Virus record (IMG/VR): IMGVR_UViG_3300020370_000003
Span: 17,399 to 81,398 of that record
Direction: 5' to 3' (one strand)
DNA length: 64,000 bases
Source of the DNA: a virus
Below are positions 50,854 to 59,416 of this stretch, one piece after another (positions within the stretch are counted from its first letter, which is position 1; every line of letters begins with the position of its first letter). The notes under the pieces were generated by a model that was not told the DNA's origin, did not search any database, and was given only the letters and a program-made list of their open reading frames with translations. Position numbers and translations under genes: made by a program.

Positions 50854-52413
50854 TTATTCAAAAAATAAATTGCCTGAAAGAACGTATCTACCATCAATAG
50901 GTGATTCTGGTACTTTATGACTCATTCTGCCATCAAATAGAATCAATTTACCCTCTGCTGGTTCAATTACCGAATCATTGTCTTTAAACATAAGTGGTGG
51001 ACTACCTTCTGGGCATTTAATGTAGTATGCAAAGGAACGTGTGGAAGTTCTATGATTATGCCAATCAATTTTTGTACCTTTATCATATCTAACACCCCAG
51101 ATCTCTGCATTAACTGGATACAGTCCATTAACTGCACTATTGTAATTTTCAGGAAATAGGACTAAACGCATCCAATTCCACAACTTCTCCACTTCTGGAC
51201 ATCTAACGTGGGCATCCCAACCAGTCATATGAGCTTTACACGCTTGTGGTGTAAATTCAAATGGTGGTTGTTTATCAATCCACTCCTCCATTCCTTTATT
51301 ATCTCTTGCCCAAAATGGATATTCCCATTCATCTAGGACAAATTCATGATGTTTTGGCACTTCCTCTTTTCCTCCTCCTAATACAGTTTTTCCTCTACGA
51401 TTCTCATCAGGTGAAAAGTACTTCCTAAAATCTTGATAGTTAATCTGCATTTCATCAGTATGATTAAATCCCTTTGAACTATACTTCATTTGTGGTTGAA
51501 ATGATGAAATTATAGGTGTAACTTCCTTTGGTTCCCTACCTTTAATCTCAACCTCATGTGCATATGTTATACATTGGGATATATCTCTACCTGAAGGTAC
51601 TTTTCCATGTATATCTCGTTTAAATTGTCTCTGTTGTTCACCATTAAAATCAACAATACGATTTAGATCTGTCGTTCTATATTCTTCAAGTTCAGGCTCT
51701 CTATGACTGATACTTCCTAAAATGGGAGGAGTCTCATAAAAATCCGTTTTAGTATCAAGAAATATATTTCCAGATACGCTAATTCTATCTTCATCACACT
51801 CAAAAAACGGATTTACCGCATGTTTTAAACTAGAAGGGAAGAATAACATAGTTCCTTCTCTTCCTTTATCCATTTTATAAACATATCCCTGAAGTTTGCC
51901 TAACATATCCGTAAAGGCAAATTCAAAGTCAGATACTACATTACCATTTCTATTTTGTCCAATATGGAGATCATTCTGCACTTTTGAATCCGTAGGTATC
52001 TTCAACCAAATAACGAAACTGTAAACACCAGAATGATTGTGTAATGGATTGAATTCGTGTTGTTTTTGGTAATTTACCCACCAATTATTCAAATAATATG
52101 GATGTTTCCCCTCAACAGGTATATGACGACCTAGATTATCATAAGTATCGCCATACTTATCACATAATGGTGATAAAGTATTTTTCCAGAAGATATTATC
52201 AATATCTTCCAATCGATAACTGTTATGTATATGACCTACTAAGGTTTTGTTATGAATTTCTTTTTTCTGTTCAATACACTTCCAAATATGGTCAATTTGT
52301 TGAGGTTGTAACTCAATTTCTAACCATCCCCCTACATTGGGTATTACCGCAGTAACACCTTCCCAGTCTGTAGGTATTTTATGTGCAGTATCTTCATAAC
52401 TATGTTGTTCCAT
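50854..52413 (-). CDS. Tandem two-domain 2OG-Fe(II) oxygenase
   Basis: Domain 1: WVNYQ..HEFNPLHNHSGVYSFVIW...FFPSSLKHAV...RISVSGN. Domain 2: WG..Y....DWHNH...SFAYY...LFDGRMSHKV...RYVLSGN. Confidence 0.85.
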   Translation of the reverse strand: MEQHSYEDTAHKIPTDWEGVTAVIPNVGGWLEIELQPQQIDHIWKCIEQKKEIHNKTLVGHIHNSYRLEDIDNIFWKNTLSPLCDKYGDTYDNLGRHIPVEGKHPYYLNNWWVNYQKQHEFNPLHNHSGVYSFVIWLKIPTDSKVQNDLHIGQNRNGNVVSDFEFAFTDMLGKLQGYVYKMDKGREGTMLFFPSSLKHAVNPFFECDEDRISVSGNIFLDTKTDFYETPPILGSISHREPELEEYRTTDLNRIVDFNGEQQRQFKRDIHGKVPSGRDISQCITYAHEVEIKGREPKEVTPIISSFQPQMKYSSKGFNHTDEMQINYQDFRKYFSPDENRRGKTVLGGGKEEVPKHHEFVLDEWEYPFWARDNKGMEEWIDKQPPFEFTPQACKAHMTGWDAHVRCPEVEKLWNWMRLVLFPENYNSAVNGLYPVNAEIWGVRYDKGTKIDWHNHRTSTRSFAYYIKCPEGSPPLMFKDNDSVIEPAEGKLILFDGRMSHKVPESPIDGRYVLSGNLFFE

Positions 52414-52563
52414 TTAACGTCCTTGCCCTCTATATCTCTTGGACTTCCCATTACGAGAAGTTGCACTAATTATAGTGTTCTGAGATTTACCTTGACGAGT
52501 TTTCTTAGGTCTTGCTGGAACATAATTACCTGAATCGTTCCACGCACCTTTTGCTTTTGCCAT
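52414..52563 (-). CDS. Small basic hypothetical protein (49 aa; not in ORF track)
   Basis: MAKAKGAWNDSGNYVPARPKKTRQGKSQNTIISATSRNGKSKRYRGQGR exactly fills the gap between PAAR and the oxygenase; K/R-rich. Confidence 0.8.
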   Translation of the reverse strand: MAKAKGAWNDSGNYVPARPKKTRQGKSQNTIISATSRNGKSKRYRGQGR

Positions 52564-52565
52564 AA

Positions 52566-53111
52566 TTAAATTCCAATGTATACATTTGCACTACTGCCTG
52601 CAATTACTGATTTACAGGGATATTCAGTAGTTCCGTTACCTAATGGGTCACCTATTCTTGCTACGTATTTACCGTTAATTCTAACGGATTTTGACGAAGC
52701 AAATGCCTTACGTTTATGCCCTGTAGAGGGTTCACGACCAGCTGCAGTACCTACTACGCAATGATGTGCTGGAGTTTGCTCTGTATTAGTGCAATCTTCA
52801 TTTGCAGACTTAGTAGTATGTATTGTAGGTGTAGAATGAGGAATTAACTCATCTCCATCTAGTATTGGTATTTTACCATTAATTACCACATTTGTCACCT
52901 GCGTACTTGAATCTGGTAATTGTCTCTCTGGTGGCCACCAAGTAGTAGGATCCATCTCCTCAACAGTCTTTGGGACTATATTAGCATCCAAAGGTGAATG
53001 CGGACAATTAGAAAGAGTACCACCTCCAAACCCAGGATGATGTATTGAAGGTAAAGAAGTACCGTGTCCAGTACAACTTCCGTTATATGTTGCAATAGAT
53101 TGTGTACTCAT
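52566..53111 (-). CDS. PAAR-repeat spike-tip protein (gp5.4-like), extended
   Basis: CTGHG N-terminus, V.INGK.P...GD, SKSVRINGKYVARIGDPL, IAGSSANVYIG. Confidence 0.85.
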   Translation of the reverse strand: MSTQSIATYNGSCTGHGTSLPSIHHPGFGGGTLSNCPHSPLDANIVPKTVEEMDPTTWWPPERQLPDSSTQVTNVVINGKIPILDGDELIPHSTPTIHTTKSANEDCTNTEQTPAHHCVVGTAAGREPSTGHKRKAFASSKSVRINGKYVARIGDPLGNGTTEYPCKSVIAGSSANVYIGI

Positions 53112-55465
53112 GGTAGATATTCTCCTGTATTAAATGGATTTCCATACTCCGCAATTGCATCACTCCATACATTAGCGGATTTAGTTAATGAATTGTACAT
53201 AGGTAGTGTTCCTACAGCATTCCATGTTTTACATCCAGATCCAAGAAGCGGTGACATAGTATATGTTGTAACAGTATTTCCGCTACTACTATTGACATTA
53301 CCTGTATTAGGAGGACTACATCCTATATGTCCACACCCACTATTAACAGGTGTACATGTTAATGTGACATTAATGTCTACTTTCTTGGTTGCATCAGCTC
53401 TATATTGACGCATATGGTATTTAGTATAGGTAGAAGCATGCGGTAAACCGCTAAAACGACCTTGTACAGTAGTAACCATGCGTTCACGGTTAACAGCATA
53501 CGCAGGAACTGCCACTTGTGTTATATCTTCTATGTCTTGTAACCGCATTTCTTTGTTACGATCCTTTTCATGTACCAATACATCACCAAACCAAGCTGGA
53601 TATACGTCACCTACATGCAATAATGAGTAATTAACTGCGAATCTTGCGTCAAATTCTTCCATAGTTGCACTCTTATAGTGATATTGAGGCACTTTTTGCA
53701 CTCTATTTAAGTCTGGATCTTGTTTTAAGTCGATTCTTGGTGCAAAATCAACATCAGTCTGCTGTCTAGGATGTCTTAACCAACAATCTGCTACTTTACT
53801 CAACATTTCTGCGTCCATTCCACCAGGTATTGAGTTAAGAATGTCCTGAAAATCACTAACATCCGTATCTCTATACGCTGCATTCTCAATAATAGTAGTT
53901 TCTTCCTTAAAAACGTTCTGTACATAAATTTTTGGTAATTGTCCACCAACATGAGAATATCCTGAACCGCCACGACTTACTTTAACTCCTGTAAGTACCC
54001 CATTAGTCCATGCTGCTTTGACTTCTGCTTGTGTTCCATTAGCAGCCTGCGGTGGAGTTACTATAAGTTCTGGTATTCTTCCATATTCATTCCATCCAGA
54101 TCCACCATCTACAAGTTGCACACCAGTTAAAATACCATTAGTAATAGTTACATCAACAATTGGGTTTCTAAGTACATTATATGTGTCTGGAGCGTTCTGA
54201 TCTACGTCTGCAGGGACATATTGGACGGATTTATCCAAAAATTCGTAAAATCCGACTAAAATTGCCCGATCTGGGACTCTAAAACCCGCTTTTACCGTAA
54301 TAACATGGTTTCTATTGCTAGTATACTGCGTTTCTTTAGCAAAATCGCTCCCATTTCCATCAATATAAGCAATATGGTAAGGAAAATTGTCTAAATCGGT
54401 GTGAAATACTCTCTTAACTGTATGTCCGTTAATAGTGTCTCCAGCACGTAAAACATCGAACCCTTCTTGCCCTTCCGTAGCTTGGTACGCTTGTACTGTC
54501 TTTACTCTTAAATTTAAATTTAGTACGGAGGTACTATTATTAGGATGCGTATGTGTATACTCTAAAGTAAACGTTTGACCAGCACTATAGTTTACTCCTG
54601 GTGATAAGATCTCTGAAATAGTCCACGAAGTACCTGAAAATGTTGTTGTTGCCCCACTATCGTCATATACTGCCTTAATTCTTGCCTTTACACTGAAATT
54701 TGTGGACGCTCCCGAATTTAGGGTAAAGATTTTAAAGTCATCAAAGAACTCATCCCCTGCCATATAAGGATTATCACCAGAAATGTACTCTGTACCGACT
54801 ACAGTGTTCTCGTTCCATACGTCAGTCCATGTGGTTCCGTCGTCAGAGACCTCAAAATCAGAAACTCCATTAGGTAACGTGGTTGAAAGCGAGTTATAAC
54901 TGAATACAACCTTCTTACTAAGACTTCCTATTGAAAATAGAGTCGGATGAGGGCAGTCGGGGTCGGCACACCCACATTCAGCAGCACCAGGTACATCGTA
55001 TCTTATTGTGGTTGTCGCAGGGGTACATGTAAACGCCCCACAAGGGTAACAAGTGTCTGTAGATGAACTTGCACCTGTCTGAGTATTTGTAACGGTCTCA
55101 GTCTCTATATGATAGCAAGGAGTACCTACTACACCTGCATCGTTTGAAGTGTCATACAGATAGGAGAACCATGTATCTGAGAAACCGTGGTCATATGATA
55201 GACCATCTGGATAATAATCGAAATATAATGTCTCACCACATGCTGACTTAGTATACTTACCACAATTCGCTACACTACTACCACTTAATGCGATAGATGG
55301 GTACATTATCGTACTACCATCCCTTCCAGGGATATTATACGCTCCTCCCCTTATCGCATTACTTGGATATTCCTTAAATTCTACTAATGTAACTCCTTCT
55401 CCTGTTCCAGGCTCAAACCTTTCACAGGAAGTAGAACTACAATCATTCTGTGGGCTGCACCCCAT
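53108..55465 (-). CDS. Cys-rich putative structural protein (785 aa)
   Basis: Contains the baseplate-type GGSG(W/Y) repeats seen in the other structural genes; Cys clusters at both ends; coupled to the PAAR gene. Confidence 0.7.
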   Translation of the reverse strand: MGCSPQNDCSSTSCERFEPGTGEGVTLVEFKEYPSNAIRGGAYNIPGRDGSTIMYPSIALSGSSVANCGKYTKSACGETLYFDYYPDGLSYDHGFSDTWFSYLYDTSNDAGVVGTPCYHIETETVTNTQTGASSSTDTCYPCGAFTCTPATTTIRYDVPGAAECGCADPDCPHPTLFSIGSLSKKVVFSYNSLSTTLPNGVSDFEVSDDGTTWTDVWNENTVVGTEYISGDNPYMAGDEFFDDFKIFTLNSGASTNFSVKARIKAVYDDSGATTTFSGTSWTISEILSPGVNYSAGQTFTLEYTHTHPNNSTSVLNLNLRVKTVQAYQATEGQEGFDVLRAGDTINGHTVKRVFHTDLDNFPYHIAYIDGNGSDFAKETQYTSNRNHVITVKAGFRVPDRAILVGFYEFLDKSVQYVPADVDQNAPDTYNVLRNPIVDVTITNGILTGVQLVDGGSGWNEYGRIPELIVTPPQAANGTQAEVKAAWTNGVLTGVKVSRGGSGYSHVGGQLPKIYVQNVFKEETTIIENAAYRDTDVSDFQDILNSIPGGMDAEMLSKVADCWLRHPRQQTDVDFAPRIDLKQDPDLNRVQKVPQYHYKSATMEEFDARFAVNYSLLHVGDVYPAWFGDVLVHEKDRNKEMRLQDIEDITQVAVPAYAVNRERMVTTVQGRFSGLPHASTYTKYHMRQYRADATKKVDINVTLTCTPVNSGCGHIGCSPPNTGNVNSSSGNTVTTYTMSPLLGSGCKTWNAVGTLPMYNSLTKSANVWSDAIAEYGNPFNTGEYLP

Positions 55466-56141
55466 TGGTCTTACCTTCTAGTTTATCAACTCTCTTGTTA
55501 AGTGCTCCTATAAGGAAACTTAAACCTTGAGCTTGTTGTTCCATACTAATCACCCTTGAATGTATTACACCATCAAGTCTTGTCTCAAATGACTCCATTT
55601 TAGTATGAAGAGCATCAAAGTTCTCTTGTAAAGTCATAAACTTAGATCTGCCTTCAGGACTAATCATAAACTGTTCTAGTATCCTTTCAGGTCTTTCCAT
55701 TTCACCAAGATACTTCTCCATACCCTCTAGACGTTTATGAAGTACCTCAATACACTGATTAAGTGCAACGTGTGCTTCTTGGTTATCCTCAAAACAGTAC
55801 TTAATCCATTCCCAATCTATTTCATCACCATCTGCAGAATTAGGAATAGGTACGTCTACTCTAGCATCTCCTTTCATAAGGTCATCTAAAAAATCATCAA
55901 TTTTATCTCTCTTATCTAACTCCATAGCAGTACCTATACCACCCTTCTGTATCTTATCAATATCTGGAGGTAGGTCTTCATCTGTTAGTTGTCTTTCATA
56001 AGGAACTGCCATCTCCTTCTTTGCCAATTCCATTGCTGCTAGATATTCCTCATTATCTTGTTTATCAAGTTCTGTAGGATTATCAGCATCAAATGGTGAA
56101 GGGGCATCAGTAGCTACTTTAGGTAGTTGTTCTTCAGTCAT
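55443..56141 (-). CDS. Hypothetical acidic coiled-coil protein
   Basis: 232-aa ORF overlapping both neighbours in operon fashion. Confidence 0.75.
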   Translation of the reverse strand: MTEEQLPKVATDAPSPFDADNPTELDKQDNEEYLAAMELAKKEMAVPYERQLTDEDLPPDIDKIQKGGIGTAMELDKRDKIDDFLDDLMKGDARVDVPIPNSADGDEIDWEWIKYCFEDNQEAHVALNQCIEVLHKRLEGMEKYLGEMERPERILEQFMISPEGRSKFMTLQENFDALHTKMESFETRLDGVIHSRVISMEQQAQGLSFLIGALNKRVDKLEGKTNGVQPTE

Positions 56142-56292
56142 CTTTCAATAATTTAAGAGTGTTTTCATCTATACTATAATTTAGCACTTCACCAACCTCC
56201 CAATTTAGTTCGGAGTATACCTCCTCTGGAACGTAGATGATAGGATCTCCATACTCATCCTCTTCTATATTTAATGTAAATCGTTTGGACAT
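56134..56292 (-). CDS. Small AbrB/SpoVT-like protein (52 aa; not in ORF track)
   Basis: MSKRFTLNIEEDEYGDPIIYVPEEVYSELNWEVGEVLNYSIDENTLKLLKDD; I.VP.EV...L.W..G..L pattern of the swapped-hairpin fold. Confidence 0.65.
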   Translation of the reverse strand: MSKRFTLNIEEDEYGDPIIYVPEEVYSELNWEVGEVLNYSIDENTLKLLKDD

Positions 56293-56295
56293 ATT

Positions 56296-56511
56296 TCATA
56301 GGCGATTAAATTGGTTATTTGGATCAGGTGTACTAGTCTTCCATCTTTCCCATAAGGTATATAGTTCCTTCAAATCTTTAGTTATACCATGTTCTATAGC
56401 ATGGTCTGCACATTCGTACATACGTTGTTCTAAATGACCTTCCTTTCGTATGAGTTGCTCTAAGCACCACGTACGGTCATCTTGAAAATCTTGAAAAAAC
56501 TCTGGGGGCAT
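56296..56511 (-). CDS. Hypothetical protein
   Basis: 71-aa ORF, first gene of the late block. Confidence 0.75.
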   Translation of the reverse strand: MPPEFFQDFQDDRTWCLEQLIRKEGHLEQRMYECADHAIEHGITKDLKELYTLWERWKTSTPDPNNQFNRL

Positions 56512-56704
56512 TTTTTATACTGGGAAATTTTTTTAAATATTTTTATATATCACTTGCTTCTGGGAACCTTTGTAGGTTAGGGTAGTTTGCTTTTTAATAT
56601 AAGGGCCGCATCAAAGACCGAGAACCCCCATCACCACTGTGTTTTGGGCGGAGTTCTTTACATTTAATAACCTAATTTAACTGTCTGAGTGTTACATAAG
56701 CATT

Positions 56705-56731
56705 AAAAAGGGAGTGCTGTTTAACACTCCC
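56705..56731 (-). terminator. Rho-independent terminator ending the early region
   Basis: Minus strand GGGAGTG-TTAAACAG-CACTCCC-TTTTT immediately after ORF 56741-56971. Confidence 0.85.
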
Positions 56732-56740
56732 ATTCTAACA

Positions 56741-56971
56741 TTATGCTGCTAAATTGTCAAGAACTGACTGGTCAATCTCTGTCACGTTTGTAACATTTTT
56801 CAACCACTTATTTATGTGGCGAGATGTAGTAACTGACCAAAACTTAGAGGTTCTAACATAACCCTCAGAGGGTAAATACGCTGCAACTGGTGTTCTATAA
56901 CTGAAGAAGATTTGTGTTCCGTCGTTGATAGTAACTTCGTTCTGATTTGCTGCGATTGGTGTTAGTTTCAT
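56741..56971 (-). CDS. Small early hypothetical protein
   Basis: FFSYRTPVAA...RTSKFWSVTTSRHINKWL; has its own promoter and terminator. Confidence 0.85.
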   Translation of the reverse strand: MKLTPIAANQNEVTINDGTQIFFSYRTPVAAYLPSEGYVRTSKFWSVTTSRHINKWLKNVTNVTEIDQSVLDNLAA

Positions 56972-57002
56972 TTAGGATTAATCCTTTGTTTGTTACTCTC
57001 TT

Positions 57003-57061
57003 ATTATAACCCCTCAGAGGTAACTAACAACAACCTCTGTGCCACTTTGTCTACTGTCACA
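57003..57061 (-). promoter_or_regulatory. Early promoter with palindromic upstream element, copy 1
   Basis: -10 TATAAT at 57008-57003; TGTGACAGT-N6-AGTGGCACA at 57061-57038. Confidence 0.8.
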
Positions 57062-57121
57062 CCTTATGTGTTACTTAAGGGGGCAAGATCTTACATGGGT
57101 TTGTGTTACCTCTCAAGGTAA

Positions 57122-57150
57122 ATTGTAGCATAATTTGTGATACTTTGCAA
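57122..57150 (-). promoter_or_regulatory. sigma70-type promoter
   Basis: TTGCAA-17 nt-TACAAT with extended TGn. Confidence 0.65.
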
Positions 57151-57210
57151 GAAATGTGTGATTTCTACGATATACTTGACAGTCGGTAATTAACGTGCTA
57201 AGACTACATT

Positions 57211-57303
57211 TTCTCCACAGGTTTTCCACAGGTAATTAACACTCAACCTAGTTTATTTAACCATTTAATTGTTTTCCACAAAAACACGATTAACTGTGGA
57301 AAA
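57211..57303. other. Cluster of four DnaA-box-like 9-mers (candidate origin / DnaA-binding locus)
   Basis: TTCTCCACA 57211, TTTTCCACA 57222, TTTTCCACA 57272, TGTGGAAAA 57295, with an AT-rich spacer in non-coding DNA. Confidence 0.55.
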
Positions 57304-57306
57304 GTA

Positions 57307-57447
57307 TCATTTAGTGACCCATAATCTGTTCTCTCTGATATACTCCCACTGTATAATGATTAACTCCTTAAGTGTTATAAACACATAGTTAATCTGTTCT
57401 CCGTATGTAACATTGTAGTGAGGGTAATCCTTTTTGTTAATTGTCAT
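57307..57447 (-). CDS. Small hypothetical protein (46 aa; not in ORF track)
   Basis: MTINKKDYPHYNVTYGEQINYVFITLKELIIIQWEYIRENRLWVTK; ATGA overlap with the upstream gene. Confidence 0.6.
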   Translation of the reverse strand: MTINKKDYPHYNVTYGEQINYVFITLKELIIIQWEYIRENRLWVTK

Positions 57448-57722
57448 TGTACGTCCTCATATCTTCCCTCTTGTGATTTATAACTAGACGGAGTAATTAC
57501 ATCCTCTTCCGTGTTAGTTTGTAATTCTAATTCATTCCAGTAAATGTTACTAACTAACAGGTTAACTTCGTTATATGGATAACAACTATGTTTTGCAATT
57601 TCAGGGTCTTTTTGCCATCTATGGAGTGTAAGAGTTATATACATTTTGTCAATGAAATTAACCTCTCCTATTTCATCTCTCCATTTGACAATTTGTCCTT
57701 TCTTAAACTCATTTAGTTGCAT
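57444..57722 (-). CDS. Hypothetical protein (start corrected to MQLNEFKKG)
   Basis: AGGAGG RBS before ATG 57722; the longer track ORF overlaps the upstream gene. Confidence 0.75.
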   Translation of the reverse strand: MQLNEFKKGQIVKWRDEIGEVNFIDKMYITLTLHRWQKDPEIAKHSCYPYNEVNLLVSNIYWNELELQTNTEEDVITPSSYKSQEGRYEDVQ

Positions 57723-57732
57723 GTAATCCTCC

Positions 57733-57921
57733 TTAGTGATTATCAATAATATCCCAAAACCATCCGATTGATTTGATATAATCAAAGCATGAAAAACGTG
57801 GGAGATCTTTATATCTATCACCCCTAGAGTTTCTAACACCGTCCATGTACAATTCTAGGTCACTAATTGTTTCAAACGTACCATGTAATTTGTCGTCTGA
57901 ATCATATACTTTATACTGCAT
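57733..57921 (-). CDS. Hypothetical protein
   Basis: 62-aa ORF packed in the early operon. Confidence 0.75.
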   Translation of the reverse strand: MQYKVYDSDDKLHGTFETISDLELYMDGVRNSRGDRYKDLPRFSCFDYIKSIGWFWDIIDNH

Positions 57922-57923
57922 GA

Positions 57924-58115
57924 TTAGATGTGTATGTAATAACGAAGGTCACCAGATATCTCACCATGAATGTTATTTTCTGGGTCATCTTTTAACCTAC
58001 AAAATCTTCTTACTGGCACAACTGCGATACAATCTTCATCCCAACATAGGGCATCTTGTTGTAACATATCGTCAGAAAATGATTGTAATTCTGTTAACAA
58101 ATCAAGGTAAGTCAT
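57924..58115 (-). CDS. Hypothetical protein (MTYLDLL family; start could be 58196)
   Basis: N-terminus resembles ORF 61959-62156 (MTY..L...L). Confidence 0.65.
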   Translation of the reverse strand: MTYLDLLTELQSFSDDMLQQDALCWDEDCIAVVPVRRFCRLKDDPENNIHGEISGDLRYYIHI

Positions 58116-58195
58116 AGTGTCGTTTGTGTTAAATTGGTGGACATAACTATCCCATCCTGTTGTTAATGTATTCCAAGGGATTAGGATAGGGTGCA

Positions 58196-58516
58196 TTACT
58201 TATAGTGTACCATATTGTCGAGGTTGTTAACATTTTCACTCGGCAAATCTGTGCCACTCTTAGTAACATACTCCTTAATAATAGCGTATGCTTGATTAAA
58301 AATAGGAGTGAAATCTAATTCCCCTCGCAAACAATGAGCGAGTTCATCTATCTGCTCTGATGTTAAACAATGGTCAGGATGTCTAATATCACATAGAGGG
58401 ATAGTATGCTCTACTAATTCATTTAAATTAATAGTGATTTCGTAGTCACGATATACTGGCATGGGTGGATTAGGGTGTCGTTGTTGATAATCAGGAGTGA
58501 TGATTACTTCGGGCAT
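58196..58516 (-). CDS. Hypothetical protein (start MPEVIITPDY)
   Basis: ATG 58516 follows a terminator and a CTAAATA box; the track start 58558 lies inside the terminator. Confidence 0.7.
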   Translation of the reverse strand: MPEVIITPDYQQRHPNPPMPVYRDYEITINLNELVEHTIPLCDIRHPDHCLTSEQIDELAHCLRGELDFTPIFNQAYAIIKEYVTKSGTDLPSENVNNLDNMVHYK

Positions 58517-58532
58517 AATGTTATTTAGAGGC

Positions 58533-58564
58533 AAAAAAATCGGGGCGTGGATAACCACAACCCT
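58533..58564 (-). terminator. Rho-independent terminator
   Basis: Minus strand GGGGTTGTGG-TTAT-CCACGCCCC-GATTTTTTT. Confidence 0.7.
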
Positions 58565-58589
58565 AACATATTGTTGATAGATCTATACA

Positions 58590-58718
58590 TTATTGGCATA
58601 AATCTTCAAATCTTGCTTTAGCAATAGACTCACATTGTTCTTCATCAAATTGAGGATATTCTTCTAATACTTCCTCAAATAGTGTTTCTAATATGCTCTC
58701 GTGATGTAATACTGACAT
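58590..58718 (-). CDS. Small acidic hypothetical protein (42 aa; not in ORF track)
   Basis: MSVLHHESILETLFEEVLEEYPQFDEEQCESIAKARFEDLCQ; fills the gap between the upstream gene and the terminator. Confidence 0.75.
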   Translation of the reverse strand: MSVLHHESILETLFEEVLEEYPQFDEEQCESIAKARFEDLCQ

Positions 58719-58720
58719 AA

Positions 58721-58897
58721 TTAAATTGCCTCAAATTGGTTTACAATAACATCCTCTAATTCTGATATTCTATTATCATCAATTAGGGAAAGATAGTCTA
58801 CTAAAATCTCATTTAAGAGATTCTCTCGTTTATACTCAGGATAGTCAGATAGTAGACAATCTATAACATCTGACTTGAGATTTAATGCTCTTGACAT
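58721..58897 (-). CDS. Small acidic hypothetical protein (start MSRALNL)
   Basis: AGGAG RBS upstream of ATG 58897. Confidence 0.7.
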   Translation of the reverse strand: MSRALNLKSDVIDCLLSDYPEYKRENLLNEILVDYLSLIDDNRISELEDVIVNQFEAI

Positions 58898-58902
58898 AAT
58901 AA

Positions 58903-59130
58903 TTAAACTCCTACTAATGATACTGAATTTGCATAATCTTGTTTTAGATGTAAACAAGTCTTATGAATTTGGAAGAGTAAAGACATATCAACTCCCTCCC
59001 AATCTGTCCACTCTGATACATAATCCCAAGCGTCAAAATCGCCTGTATTATCAACATTTAGTGGGCATGATTTAAACTCTAAATCTTCATCAATCCAGAA
59101 GATTCTTCCAAAAGCGTCACTACTATACAT
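58903..59130 (-). CDS. Hypothetical protein (start MYSSDAFG)
   Basis: GGAGG RBS upstream of ATG 59130. Confidence 0.75.
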   Translation of the reverse strand: MYSSDAFGRIFWIDEDLEFKSCPLNVDNTGDFDAWDYVSEWTDWEGVDMSLLFQIHKTCLHLKQDYANSVSLVGV

Positions 59131-59383
59131 TGTAAGTAACCTCCGTTGATGATACAAATTGATGGCAATTTGAGTGGTCTACGTTGTTATCAACGTACTT
59201 AAATGTATGAATCTTGTCATACACTTCGTTGACATACTGTTGAGTAGTCATAATTCTTTTGGACATAGTTTTGCCCATAAATGTTAACACCCTTAGAACT
59301 TTGTCGTGATGTTTAACATTATCCCATGTTTTTACAGGATAGTAGTCACTAACCATGTGACCAGATTTTGAAGAAAGTTGCAT
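59123..59383 (-). CDS. Hypothetical protein
   Basis: 86 aa, GGAG RBS, overlaps the next gene. Confidence 0.75.
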   Translation of the reverse strand: MQLSSKSGHMVSDYYPVKTWDNVKHHDKVLRVLTFMGKTMSKRIMTTQQYVNEVYDKIHTFKYVDNNVDHSNCHQFVSSTEVTYNV

Positions 59384-59416
59384 AATAAACTCCGTAATGT
59401 GTGTAATTAAATGTTA

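Noticed and set aside
1011-54200. Numerous plus-strand and alternate-frame ORFs of 60-180 aa inside the large structural genes
   Set aside because: Shadow ORFs arising from the biased codon usage of G/T/A/S-rich minus-strand genes; no RBS and no recognisable motifs
57176-57205. Plus-strand sigma70 promoter (TTGACA-17-TAAGAC)
   Set aside because: The -10 lacks the conserved final T and no plus-strand ORF follows; mentioned only within the origin finding
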